A stretch of 63,803 nucleotides of DNA, counting the filler, from Octopus bimaculoides (taxonomy: Eukaryota): the NCBI RefSeq assembly GCF_001194135.2. It is 9 parts of 9 records of this genome, joined end to end, with 100 filler letters (N's around TTAATTAATTAA, not from the genome) between each part and the next. Parts side by side here need not be neighbours in the genome. Positions count along the whole stretch, not along the records: positions 8,715 to 13,512 come from NC_069007.1; positions 13,613 to 22,425 come from NC_068996.1; positions 22,526 to 31,922 come from NC_069005.1; 6 more parts are not named here. One strand, 5' to 3'. The notes beneath the pieces were generated by a model. It was not told where the DNA came from. It did not search any database and saw only the letters and a program-made list of their open reading frames with translations. Positions 10,988-22,789 of the stretch are shown here, piece by piece. How positions within the stretch are numbered: position 1 is the stretch's first letter; the number at the start of each line of letters is the position of its first letter. Made by a program: the position numbers and the translations under genes.

Positions 10988-11390
10988 CAGGGTGATTGAA
11001 AAGTAACTCCCTATTTTAAAATACTTATAAATTAGTTTGTGGTGACATCTGGAGCCCATGTCAAATTTTAAATAAAACCTCATACTAAAATTACGTTTTT
11101 GAATTTGCAAGATTCCTGATGTAGAGCAATCTTCAGATGCACAAAGATAAAGAAATTTAATGAAATTACATTTAAATAGGACATATTTTTATAATTAGAT
11201 ATAAACTCTCCAAGTAGAAAGGAGGAATACAAAAAACCATTTTGACTTAGCTAGATCATACATGTAATTTCATTAAATTTCTATATCTTTGTGCAGCTGA
11301 GGATTTTATATTTGGTGTAATGTTTACATTACTCAATTAAATGGAGTCGCCTGAAACGATTGTACTGCATTAACTTTGGATATCCTTGTT
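10988..11390. mobile_element. Probable Tc1-like MITE with an internal 41-bp inverted repeat
   Basis: Starts TA-CAGGGTGATT; 11131-11171 and 11262-11302 are inverted with 3 mismatches; right TIR only weakly visible. Confidence 0.4.
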
Positions 11391-11939
11391 GCTTATTTTG
11401 ATTATCTATATACATACATATATATATATATATATACATGCTTTTATTAAAACTGCAAGATTTTCACAAAATCTGTTACTCAGAGTTTTACGTCCCTGTT
11501 CATAGGACAGTTGTGATGTATTCATTGCAACTGTCTGACAGACTAAAATGTAAAATTCTGTGCAACAATTTTCTGAAGATTTGGCAGCTTTAGTAAAAAC
11601 ATATTACTCTGCCTTGGGTATTCGAGTACTATTTATTCCACCTTGTTTTGCATTAATGTGCTTACGTGTGTGTGTATCTATATATATAGTGGATTTTCCC
11701 ATCGTTTTCAAATTACAAGTATGTAACAGCCGATATATTTACTCTACTACTTACGCATAATTTTTAGAGCCAGCAATGCTTTTTGCAAATGCTGACAGCA
11801 GAAATTTTGTGCAAATCTTTGATACAAACTCAATGAGCAAAAGAGAAAGAAAAAAAATAAAGAGAGAGAAAGAAAGAAAGAGAGAGTGGGAAAGAGAGGA
11901 GAGGGGGAAAAGAAGATATAGAGAAGGAAGGAATAAATA

Positions 11940-11990
11940 CATAGATAGACAGACAGATAGATAGAGAGATAGATAGTTAGACAGGCAGGA

Positions 11991-12021
<31 letters not shown>

Positions 12022-12155
12022 TAGCCAGATAGAGAGATAGATCGATAGATAGATAGATCGATAGAGAGATAGATCGATAGAGAGATAGATCGATTGAGAG
12101 ATAGATCGATAGTCAGGCTGATAGACAGACAGATAGACAGATAGATAGATAGATA
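11940..12155. repeat. Compound (GATA)/(GACA)/(GATC) tetranucleotide repeat
   Basis: Read directly. Confidence 0.95.
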
Positions 12156-12514
12156 AACTTTGATATTTATTTGTATATGCTTGAAATCTGATTAAGATAG
12201 ATTTCCCATTATATATAAAGTCACTTAACAATATCTAAACACAGAATACATTTTTATAAATACAACTGTATATATCTAAAGTACATCTCATACTCTTGAA
12301 AATTATACTGCGGTCACCAAGCTCTCTTCTATTCTTTCCCTCTCCCACTCTCTGTCAATGTCTGTCTGTCTCTCTCACTTCCTCTTTTTCTCTCTCTCTG
12401 TAAACAGAAAACTATGCTGGTTACAGATATTTGTTTATACATAAAACCAGATCTTCCTTTGAATCTGAAAATGTTTTCAACGTTATAAATTGAAATATCT
12501 CAAGTTTACTGACT

Positions 12515-12566
12515 TTGAGGCCGCAGAAGATGATTCTGTTTTAGAGATGAAACCGGTTGGATCCAA
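12515..12566 (+). ncRNA. Decayed hammerhead ribozyme-like motif
   Basis: TTGAGGCCG-CAGAAGA-TGATTCT(GTTTT)AGAGAT-GAAA-CCGG-TT-GGATCCAA; palindromic ACCGGU stem III; U4 and stem I mismatched. Confidence 0.4.
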
Positions 12567-12775
12567 GATAAATCAGACACTATTTTACATATTTTATCAC
12601 TAAGAAAAATATTTAGTTTCTATATACTTCTATTGAGACAGCTAACACTGAAATATATTATGTATATGTAATATAGACAATAAGTGTATGGATCGCTTAT
12701 ATTTTCCTATATTTTAAACACACACATACACACGTTCTATGAGTGTATGCGTACATATGTTTTACCTTTTATGTC

Positions 12776-13117
12776 TATCTTCTTTCAGTCATTGAACTGA
12801 GGCCATGCTGGGGCACCACCTTGAATCGACCCTAATATTTATCTTTTAAGCCTGGTACTTATTTAGACTGTCGCTTTTCCTGAACAGCTAATTTACGGGA
12901 TGTAAACACACCAACACTTGTTGACAAGTGGTGCTGGGACACACTTATATATACAACAGACTTCTTTCAGTTTCCATTGACCAAGTCCAAGTCCACTCAC
13001 AACGCTTTCATCGGGCTGAGTCTATAGTAGAAGTCACCTGCCGAAGGTGCCACACAATGAGATTGAACCCAGAGCCATGTGGTTAGGAAATAAACTTCTG
13101 ATCACACCACCATGGCT
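12776..13117 (-). mobile_element. SINE family B, near full length (head, CORE-like region, short microsatellite, 3' tail)
   Basis: Plus strand TTTCAGTCATTGAACTGAGGCCATGCTGG (tail) through GTCCACTCACAA...CTATAGTAGAAG...GAACCCAGAGCCATGTGG (head). Confidence 0.85.
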
Positions 13118-13131
13118 ATCTATCTATATAT

Positions 13132-13512
13132 ATATGGGAGAAAGTATGAAAAAACAACAACAGACGAGGACAGGTGGTGTAAATAACAAAAGGATGTATT
13201 AGTATGACGCTCGGGAATACGGAAAGTCTTTGACGTTTCGAGCTACGCTCTTCAACAGAAAGAATACGGAGACAAGGAGAAAAACACGGAGCAAAAAAAT
13301 TGAATAGTGTCCAGTCAACGGTCAATCATAATAATGGCTGATCATAACAATGGCTGACCGGAAGTTAGAAATTCTTTTTTCAGGAGAGCTAAGAAAAGGG
13401 GGAGATAACAAACGGTGATCGAAGAACGAGGGGCTGTGTGTGGGAGATAGAATGCTGGTGATCTTGATGTATGTAGTGTGAAAATGGGGAAGGGAGAAAG
13501 CACTTGGTCAGT
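13132..13512 (-). mobile_element. Penelope-like terminal-repeat-type element with hammerhead fold (second copy, longer 5' side)
   Basis: Reverse complement of 3815-3968 plus an upstream pyrimidine-rich segment that runs to the gap. Confidence 0.7.
13227..13263 (-). ncRNA. Minimal type I hammerhead fold, identical to 3838-3874
   Basis: Plus strand TCTTTGACGTTTCGAGCTACGCTCTTCAACAGAAAGA. Confidence 0.7.
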
Positions 13513-13612
13513 NNNNNNNNNNNNNNNNNNNNNNNNNNNNNNNNNNNNNNNNNNNNTTAATTAATTAANNNNNNNNNNNNNNNNNNNNNNNNNNNNNNNN
13601 NNNNNNNNNNNN

Positions 13613-13656
<44 letters not shown>

Positions 13657-13705
13657 ATAATAGAAAGTCGTCTGGGAATGATGACATACCAGATATATAA
13701 ATGTG

Positions 13706-14049
13706 GTAGTGACCAAGAACTTTGGCTATATGCTGTGCTTGAGAAGACCTGTCAAGCCAAGTGAAATCATAATCATGGTGGATACTGGCATCATATAATT
13801 GGCACCCATGCCAGTGGCACATAAAAGGCACCATTTGAGCATTAGGCCTCACGGACGCAATGTAGCCAATGCTGGTGTCACATAACTGGCACATAAAAGC
13901 ACCCATTACACTCTTGGAGTGGTTGGCATTAGGAAGGACATCTAGCAATAGAAACCATACCACATCAGACTAAAGTCTGGTGCAGCCCCTCAGCTTACCA
14001 GCCCTAGTCAAACCACCCAACCCATGTCAGCATGATGTTGATGATGATG
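13706..14049 (+). mobile_element. RTE LINE 3' end (ORF2 terminus, 3'UTR and (GAT)n tail)
   Basis: SDQELWLYAVLEKTCQAK*, GGCACATAAAAGCACC modules, GTGGTTGGCATTAGGAAGG, CCAACCCATG and GAT tail. Confidence 0.75.
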
Positions 14050-14057
14050 TAGCAGCT

Positions 14058-15007
14058 TCCTGCTGAACAAGTTATGTGAATTCTCCTTAATCTGGGAATC
14101 AGGATCAGTCCCACAGGACTTTAAAGATGCTTCTTTATAAGCACAAAGGCAACAAATATGAATGTGACAGCCATAGAGGTATCTCCCTTTTGTGTGTTGC
14201 TGGGAAGATTCTTGAAAGAGTAATCTTAAAAATACTAAATATGCCCTTGCAAGCTTAGTGTTGCCTGAATCTCAGTGTGGAATTTAGGCTGGTATAAGCA
14301 CAGCAGATATGATTTTTAACCTAAGGCAGCTATTGGAAAAGGCTTGTAAGCACAACCAAGACCTTTTGGTCACTTTTGTAGATTTAACTAAACCTTTCAA
14401 CACTGTATCTATGGATGCTCTTTGGGTTGTCTTTAGAGAGCTAGGTGTTCCTGAAAAGATGCTCAATGTCATCATTTCTTTCCATCAAGGGATGATAGCT
14501 TCTGTCAAATCTAGCAGGGAAGTGTCCAATTCATTCACAGTCTTGAATAGGACAAAACAAGGCTGTGTCCTTGCACTGCTCTTATTTGCTTTGTTTTTCT
14601 CTATCATATTGGAAACAGCGTTCAAGAGTGTTAAGGAAGGAGTAAAGCCACTGATGGTGGCTTATTCAACCAACAGTATTTCAAAGCAAAACTAAGACTT
14701 TGGTGGAAGCAGTTCAAGATTTGCTCTTTGCAGACAATTGTGCACTTGTAACACACATTCTTGAGGACATGCAATGGATGATTTTAAACAACTTCTCATG
14801 TGCATTGAAGGCTTTTGGTCTGACCATCAGCATCAAGAAAACTGAGCTTGTCCATCAGCCCGTTTGTGACCACCTTCCCACTGTTGCCCCTACTGTATAT
14901 GTTGATGGAAAAACATTAAAAACTGTTTCCTCCTTCACTTATCTTGGTTCCATTGTGTCCAATGATGCTAAGATGGATAAAGAAATTGAGTCCTGAATCG
15001 GGAAGGC
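14058..15007 (+). mobile_element. Degenerate RTE (BovB-like) LINE reverse transcriptase, no PHD insert
   Basis: HRGISLLCVAGKILERV, PESQCG, FVDLTKPF, KQGCVLA, LLFADNCAL, GLTISIKKTE, FTYLGS; frameshifted; cut by gap. Confidence 0.92.
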
Positions 15008-17061
15008 NNNNNNNNNNNNNNNNNNNNNNNNNNNNNNNNNNNNNNNNNNNNNNNNNNNNNNNNNNNNNNNNNNNNNNNNNNNNNNNNNNNNNNNNNNNNN
15101 NNNNNNNNNNNNNNNNNNNNNNNNNNNNNNNNNNNNNNNNNNNNNNNNNNNNNNNNNNNNNNNNNNNNNNNNNNNNNNNNNNNNNNNNNNNNNNNNNNNN
15201 NNNNNNNNNNNNNNNNNNNNNNNNNNNNNNNNNNNNNNNNNNNNNNNNNNNNNNNNNNNNNNNNNNNNNNNNNNNNNNNNNNNNNNNNNNNNNNNNNNNN
15301 NNNNNNNNNNNNNNNNNNNNNNNNNNNNNNNNNNNNNNNNNNNNNNNNNNNNNNNNNNNNNNNNNNNNNNNNNNNNNNNNNNNNNNNNNNNNNNNNNNNN
15401 NNNNNNNNNNNNNNNNNNNNNNNNNNNNNNNNNNNNNNNNNNNNNNNNNNNNNNNNNNNNNNNNNNNNNNNNNNNNNNNNNNNNNNNNNNNNNNNNNNNN
15501 NNNNNNNNNNNNNNNNNNNNNNNNNNNNNNNNNNNNNNNNNNNNNNNNNNNNNNNNNNNNNNNNNNNNNNNNNNNNNNNNNNNNNNNNNNNNNNNNNNNN
15601 NNNNNNNNNNNNNNNNNNNNNNNNNNNNNNNNNNNNNNNNNNNNNNNNNNNNNNNNNNNNNNNNNNNNNNNNNNNNNNNNNNNNNNNNNNNNNNNNNNNN
15701 NNNNNNNNNNNNNNNNNNNNNNNNNNNNNNNNNNNNNNNNNNNNNNNNNNNNNNNNNNNNNNNNNNNNNNNNNNNNNNNNNNNNNNNNNNNNNNNNNNNN
15801 NNNNNNNNNNNNNNNNNNNNNNNNNNNNNNNNNNNNNNNNNNNNNNNNNNNNNNNNNNNNNNNNNNNNNNNNNNNNNNNNNNNNNNNNNNNNNNNNNNNN
15901 NNNNNNNNNNNNNNNNNNNNNNNNNNNNNNNNNNNNNNNNNNNNNNNNNNNNNNNNNNNNNNNTGTGTGTGTGTGTGTGTGTGTATAAGATAAGAAAATA
16001 GAGAGACAATTGATAAATTATTATTTATTAATTTAAAAAATTGACATGTCTTACAGCTGTTTCAATTCTAGACTTTCAGAAAATTAATTAATAAAATTAA
16101 GAATTATTTGAAAGTTGAATCTTGCCAGAGGTAGTTTAAGATATACAAAATAAGTGTTCGATTTCTGCATGTTGAGTATATGGCTGCAAACCATTAACTG
16201 ATAAAATTTATGCATAAAGAAGATAGTATAAAGACATAATATTGATCTTAGGAAGGTCTATACCATGTTTTTATATATATATTGGTCTGAAAGTAACGTC
16301 AGTTCTTTTCTTTTATATCAAGCCCATTAAAACAATTAAGGATAGATGGAGCTGTAGTTTATACAGATGACAGGAGTTAAGTAATGTGCCCTTGTGTATG
16401 GAGCAAACTAAGGTGGTAGGTATATCTGGATTGTTAGCTACCAGTGGTTTGAAGTTCAATTAACAGAACATAATTCATTCTTCCTGTTGATGGATATTGC
16501 AGGTTAGTGGAGAATATGTAGTCTTTCATGGAAGCAGAGTTAGCAATTTTGAGTAAGAAGGGCCCTGTTAATGATACTCCATTTGAAGTTGGGAATGTTG
16601 TTCTGATAGTTGCAGAAGTCTCCAAATGAGACAGGACAAGATAGGGTGAGTTTTCCCTAATACTACACTTGGATGTGTGTGTATGTGTGTACACACACAC
16701 ACATCTATATGTTTATTTCAATGACCTCCTCATGGAATACCAGATTGACTACATCCTTCTAGAGTACCACATTTAGCAGTACTGGATCTACGAGGTACAC
16801 AATGTTGGATTACAGATTGCTTCTAATGGACTTAACACCCAATTATTATTGCACCATACCTGGAACATTTTACCTATTTGTTTATGGTTATTCTCTTTTT
16901 TTAAGAGGTCACTGTGCATCCTCTACAACAGCAAATTGGGTAGATTGGCTAAACTTTCATAATATACCTTGCACACTACAGTTTTTGTTTTTCTACAAGT
17001 AAGTGTGTGCACATTGCAGGCCTTCCACTAACACATGTATTTGTGCATGCATATATATATA

Positions 17062-17412
17062 TATCATCATCATCATCATCATCGTTTAACGTCCGCTTTC
17101 CATGCTAGCATGGGTTGGACGATTTGACTGAGGACTGGTGAAACCGGATGGCAACACCAGGCTCCAGTCTGATTTGGCAGAGTTTCTACAGCTGGATGCC
17201 CTTCCTAACGCCAACCACTCAGAGAGTGTAGTGGGTGCTTTTACGTGTCACCCGCACGAAAACGGCCACGCTCGAAATGGTGTCTTTTATGTGCCACCCG
17301 CACAAGCCAGTCCAGCGGCACTGGCAACGATCTCGCTCGAAAATCCTACAGGAGCCAGTCAGGCGGTACTGGCAACGGCCACGCTCAAAATGGTGCATCT
17401 CATGTGCCACCC
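17062..17412 (-). mobile_element. RTE LINE 3'UTR, little diverged (CpG retained)
   Basis: Plus strand (CAT)n-CGTTTAACGTCCGCTTTCCATGCTAGCATGGGTTGG...GGATGCCCTTCCTAACGCCAACC. Confidence 0.85.
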
Positions 17413-18151
17413 NNNNNNNNNNNNNNNNNNNNNNNNNNNNNNNNNNNNNNNNNNNNNNNNNNNNNNNNNNNNNNNNNNNNNNNNNNNNNNNNNNNNNNNN
17501 NNNNNNNNNNNNNNNNNNNNNNNNNNNNNNNNNNNNNNNNNNNNNNNNNNNNNNNNNNNNNNNNNNNNNNNNNNNNNNNNNNNNNNNNNNNNNNNNNNNN
17601 NNNNNNNNNNNNNNNNNNNNNNNNNNNNNNNNNNNNNNNNNNNNNNNNNNNNNNNNNNNNNNNNNNNNNNNNNNNNNNNNNNNNNNNNNNNNNNNNNNNN
17701 NNNNNNNNNNNNNNNNNNNNNNNNNNNNNNNNNNNNNNNNNNNNNNNNNNNNNNNNNNNNNNNNNNNNNNNNNNNNNNNNNNNNNNNNNNNNNNNNNNNN
17801 NNNNNNNNNNNNNNNNNNNNNNNNNNNNNNNNNNNNNNNNNNNNNNNNNNNNNNNNNNNNNNNNNNNNNNNNNNNNNNNNNNNNNNNNNNNNNNNNNNNN
17901 NNNNNNNNNNNNNNNNNNNNNNNNNNNNNNNNNNNNNNNNNNNNNNNNNNNNNNNNNNNNNNNNNNNNNNNNNNNNNNNNNNNNNNNNNNNNNNNNNNNN
18001 NNNNNNNNNNNNNNNNNNNNNNNNNNNNNNNNNNNNNNNNNNNNNNNNNNNNNNNNNNNNNNNNNNNNNNNNNNNNNNNNNNNNNNNNNNNNNNNNNNNN
18101 NNNNNNNNNNNNNNNNNNNNNNNNNNATATATATATATATATATATATATA

Positions 18152-18258
18152 AACCAAGCCAAATCAGATTGGAACCTGGTGCAGCTCTGTGGCTTACCAG
18201 TTCCAGTCAAACTGTCTAACCCATGCCAGTATGGAAAGCAGACGTTAAATGATGATGA
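18152..18258 (+). mobile_element. RTE LINE extreme 3' fragment
   Basis: AACCCATGCCAGTATGGAAAGCAGACGTTAAATGATGATG; 5' junction directly after (TA)n. Confidence 0.8.
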
Positions 18259-18464
18259 CAATGTGTATACTTCACAGATGAGATCCAGAGATATTCCGCA
18301 TAGAAGACACTTAGTAGTGCTCAAAAGACTCCAATGTCTTTACAGGAGATCATTCCACAAGGTAAAGAAAGGCTATAACAGGAATCAAGTTGAGCGGATA
18401 TAGAGGTAATTATGTGGATATAAACAAATTAGTTATATGCATCAAATATATTAAATATATTAAA

Positions 18465-18575
18465 CAAGAAGCTTGCTTCCCAGCCACATAGTTCCAGGTT
18501 TGGTCCCACTGCATGGCACCTTTGACAAGTGTCTTCTACTATAGCCTCAGGCTGACCAAATCCTTGTGAGTGGAT
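18465..18575 (+). mobile_element. SINE family B 5' half, CpG-eroded
   Basis: CCCACTGCATGGCACCTTTGACAAGTGTCTTCTACTATAGCCTCAGGCTGACC. Confidence 0.85.
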
Positions 18576-20026
18576 ATGTGAGTTTCGTTATAAGGTACAA
18601 CCCGTTTGTTGTTTGTTTTTCCATTCTTATGAGATCCAATTCCTCTCTTTGTAACTGATCTTTGTCTATAAAGAGATGGTCTCTCTGTTTGTTTTTCTGC
18701 CTTTTGATTAAGATGACAAAGAGTAATATTTTATTTTAAATAAAAATAGTAATTTTCCCCTTTAAGAAAAAAGAAAAAAGAATCAAGTACCTGTGATTTA
18801 AAAAAATATCCCATAAAGATATGGGGAGAATTTTTTCTTTCAGTCTACAGGACTCAGAAGTTGTATAAATGATTGAGGGAAGAAAAAGAAAGTAAGGGGA
18901 AAGGATGGACAGCAGTAGCTACCGACAACTCTTTGAAGTGTCGAAATTTTTAATTTCATTTTTTTTTTCTTAAAGAGGGAAATGACTATTTTATTTGTAA
19001 TCTTTATCCTCTTAATCAAATGGCAGGAAAACAGACAAACTTTGAGTTTTAGTATAATATAGGTAATTCCAAGGATCAGAAATGTGTTTCTCTTGACCTC
19101 TGTGCTTTCCCATTGGTTTGTTCACCAATGCCGTAGTATTGTTTTGTCCACATTAAGATTACTTGTATACCTTGTATTGTCACACACACACACAATTGCA
19201 CTCATACACACGCACACATACTCACACACGCTTGCACTCATACACACACACACACACACACACAATTGCACTCAAACACACGCACACATACTCACACACA
19301 CTTGCACTCATACACACACATACAACAGACAACACACACAAAATACACACACACAACACATGTATTCACAATGCATGCATATGTACATTCTTTCTCTCTC
19401 TCTCTCACATACACATTCACACACACACTTGCACACATACACACACGATACACATATGCACAGGCACACACACGATACACACACACACTTACACACATAT
19501 ACACACAATACACACACCACAACATAAATTACATCAGAGTTGTATCAGCATGTACATTATTTTATCATTTAATCAGTGAGGGTAAGTCAGTCCTCACTGC
19601 TCCCCCCCCCCATAACCCTTTATTTCTTTTAGGACCTCTTAGACTGGTGGGAAGAATGGAAGGGAAGGAAGCCATCCTCAAATAGGGGACATGGCCTGAA
19701 ATATTTGAAACAGATAGGACCTAAAGTTATCCAAGGTAATATATGGTACTGTTAAACTTGGCAATGAATGAAGACTGTTGCATAACAACTAAGAACATAA
19801 AGAACTAGAAATAAATACCAAATCACTGCCCTGGTCTGGTATTGGTCCCTAGAAGGATAAAAGGTAAAGTCAACATCCACAGGATTTTAACTGAAATTCA
19901 GAGAACTGGAACAACATGAAAACATATTTTGTTCTATACTCACCCTCTCTATTTGCCATTTGGTAGAATGAGTTGTTCTGAGACCAGATATTAACCTTTT
20001 AGCATTCAGATTATTCTGCCAAATGT

Positions 20027-20376
20027 AAAGGTAAAAGGTAAAGACCCGCTTCGGTCATGAATGACAATGGGATTGCACCTAGAAAGTTCCCCTCCGTGGC
20101 ACAAGTCCAGGCAAGGTTGTTTATGGAAGACTAGCAATTGCCCAGGCATACCAGCCTCCACTCCCCACTCCAACAATGTTATCCAAGGGAAAGGCAAAGG
20201 CTGATACAGCTTGGCGCAGGTGACATGGCAACTCATTTCTACAGCTGAGTGAATTGGAGTCATGTGACATAAAGTGTCTTGTTCAAGAACACAACACACA
20301 GCCCAGTCCTGGATTCGAACTCACTACCTCATGATTGTAAGCCCGACACTCTAACCACTGAGCCATGTGCCTTTAC
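20027..20376 (-). mobile_element. CORE-SINE family C, full length
   Basis: Head (reverse complement of GGCTCAGTGGTTAGAG...GTTCGAATCC), CORE TTGAACAAGACACTTTATGTCACATGACTCCAATTCACTCAGCTGTAGAAATG, tail CATTCATGACCGAAGCGGGTCTTTACC. Confidence 0.88.
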
Positions 20377-20839
20377 ATCTGTCATGCATCTTACCTATCT
20401 GTCAAATATAATGCTAATTTATTCGTAATGTTTTGAATTAATCATGCATTATCTCGTAGCTTTGAGATTTTGGAAATTATAAGGTAGATGGCAGAGATGG
20501 CAGGTCTGGCCAATATGAGCATAAAACAAATAGGATATGGTCAGTTTGAATGCTGAATGGTTAAAGAAATATTTCAACCATTTCAAGAAGACAAAATTTT
20601 TTATACTCACTTTTTGTTTATTTCTTGAAGTATCAGATGGGAAGCTGGTGATGATGTGAAGAGGCAGGAGAAGGGACTGTACACCCAAGTTAACAGGGAG
20701 GTGTATGTAGTGAAGTGGACTGGGGTGGGGGTAGGATTGGAGAGGGTAAATGGGTGGGTGAATTCACAAGTTTTCAAAAAGAGAGTGGGAGCTAGAGGTT
20801 AGGGGATATAATGAGAAGGCACTGGTAGAGGGAGGAGAT

Positions 20840-21760
20840 ATTAGGAGGATATAGTTTGAATGATTCAACAGAGCATGAGACTAGATGAGATGCAGTTTGG
20901 TAGGGTGCCAGAGAAAAGTAATATGAATGCTCTTTTCCTAGTGAGACAATGATTGAAGAAGTAGCTATCAAAAAGTAAGCCATTGTATTTAGCATTTGTT
21001 GACCTGTTCCTCACATAATCTGGTTGTTTGCTAAGGAAGCTAGTGGAAGACAAATGACTTGTGAGAATCTTTCAAGTCATGTACAGAGAAGCTGTCAGTA
21101 GGATGAGAGTTAACATGTACAGGGATGAATCCAGTGTTCAAGTAGGAGTTCATCAGGATTATATTCTCAGTCCCCTCCTATTTATCACAAACCTCCAGGC
21201 TATAACAGAGGAATTTAAGACTGCTTGTTCATAGGAATTCCTTTATGCTGATGACCTTGTTATTATAGTGAAATTTGTAGTAGAATTAGAAATGAAATTC
21301 TGGATGTGGAAGTGAAACCTGGAATCAGAGGACTTCAAAGTAAACTTAGCAAAGATCAAAGCTTTAGGTAGCAGGAAAACAGACAGTTCTCTGCTTTCAT
21401 CAGGAAATGACTTTGATCAATTTGAAGAAAAGGAGTTGGTACTCAATGCAAACTATGGATATATAAGAAGTGCAGAGGAACCATTGGAAAGTTAACAGAG
21501 AAATTAGACGTTTTTTTGTGGCCAATGCACAGGAGTAAAGGAGGATCCTTAGAGGTAGTAGACAGTTTCTTTTACCTAAGTGACTTAAATATCAATAGAA
21601 GAGAATGTCCTGGAAGAATAGTTGCTAGAATTAGAATGGGCTGGAGAAAATTCCGAGTGCGTTTGTCTCAGTTGATATCAAAAAGATTCTTTCTTACAGT
21701 GAAAGGTAGATTGTATGAGGCTTAGGTACAAACATCACTGCTATTTGGTAGTGAAATGCG
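20840..21760 (+). mobile_element. Heavily decayed RTE LINE RT with eroded in-RT PHD finger
   Basis: DEMQFG, LYLAFVDL, VGVHQ..LSPLLF, LYADDL, KVNLAK, RKGVG-TQCKLWIYKKC...FCGQC, LEVVDSFFYL, VKGRLYEA. Confidence 0.88.
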
Positions 21761-22086
21761 GAATTAGCAATGTTGCTCTTCTACATGGCTCCATCCTTTG
21801 ATATTTTAACTTCTTGTCTCCTAACATACACTGCCTTCCTCTACTATAGTCCCATTCACTTGAAGAGGATCTTAGCTGCTGATATGAAACTCTGTGAAGT
21901 AGCTGGTGTTAGTAAGGGTATCAAACTGTAGAGACCATGCCAAAATAGGCATTGAAGCATGATGCAGTACTCTGTATTTATTTAGAATGGTATATCTTGT
22001 CTAAATGGTGTTAGATATGATTTATACAGGGTGGTGTGGTTTGTATAAAGTTTAATATTGCAGTTATTGTAATACTAATGGTGTTA

Positions 22087-22410
22087 TCTATATATATAAA
22101 AATGAGAATGTGTGTCTGTCTGTCTGTCTGTCTGTGTGAATCCCTAAAACTCGAGAACTACGCAACCAATTTCATTCAAATTTTACACATGCCTTACTTA
22201 GGGTTCCCATTGTGTTTTAGTCAAAAAATTTTTTTAACTTCTTGCAGAGTTCGAGCACACGGCAACATAATATCTCCTCCACTATTTAAGTATCACGTGT
22301 CAAAAGTGAAACAAAAACACTCATGTCAAATACTTTCACTTTAAAAATGAAACTATTCCACTAACTGAAACAATCACATTTCGATACTGTAATGACAGAT
22401 ACTTTCACAG
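22087..22410 (+). mobile_element. Non-autonomous Helitron-like element, 5' part
   Basis: A|TCTATATATATAAAAATGAGAATG then (TGTC)n, a layout typical of Helitron-N 5' ends; 3' end lost at the gap. Confidence 0.55.
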
Positions 22411-22670
22411 AGAGAAAGAGAGAGANNNNNNNNNNNNNNNNNNNNNNNNNNNNNNNNNNNNNNNNNNNNTTAATTAATTAANNNNNNNNNNNNNNNNNNN
22501 NNNNNNNNNNNNNNNNNNNNNNNNNATATATATATATATATATATATATATGTTCATGTTTGCATATATTATATATAGAAATATAGATATAGATATGTAT
22601 AGACATACGCATGGAAAAATGTGAGCAATGAGAGACTTGGTATTGCATCAGAATGTAACTTCAGCTTTGA

Positions 22671-22711
<41 letters not shown>

Positions 22712-22789
22712 AGAGAGGGGGGGAATAGAAAGAGTAGATAGCAAAAAGATTAGATTGAAATCTTTGATCATGTTTAAGATGTTTTTTTG

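Noticed and set aside
16047-16080. Minus-strand GAAACAGCTGTA (palindromic stem III + GUA), hammerhead 3' half
   Set aside because: Core reads CTGAAAG and stem I does not pair; at most a remnant.
16434-16800. 88-aa minus ORF and a QIDYIL motif (APE endonuclease-like) on the plus strand
   Set aside because: A single short motif with no supporting neighbours; too weak to call.
17127-17150. CTGAGGA...GAAAC inside the RTE 3'UTR
   Set aside because: Stem II only 5 nt, no UH site or stem I, and antisense to the element.
18278-18361. 84-nt AG...GT bounded segment (MRSRDIPHRRHLVVLKRLQCLYRRSFHK)
   Set aside because: Acceptor lacks a real pyrimidine tract and abuts a LINE tail; peptide unrecognised.
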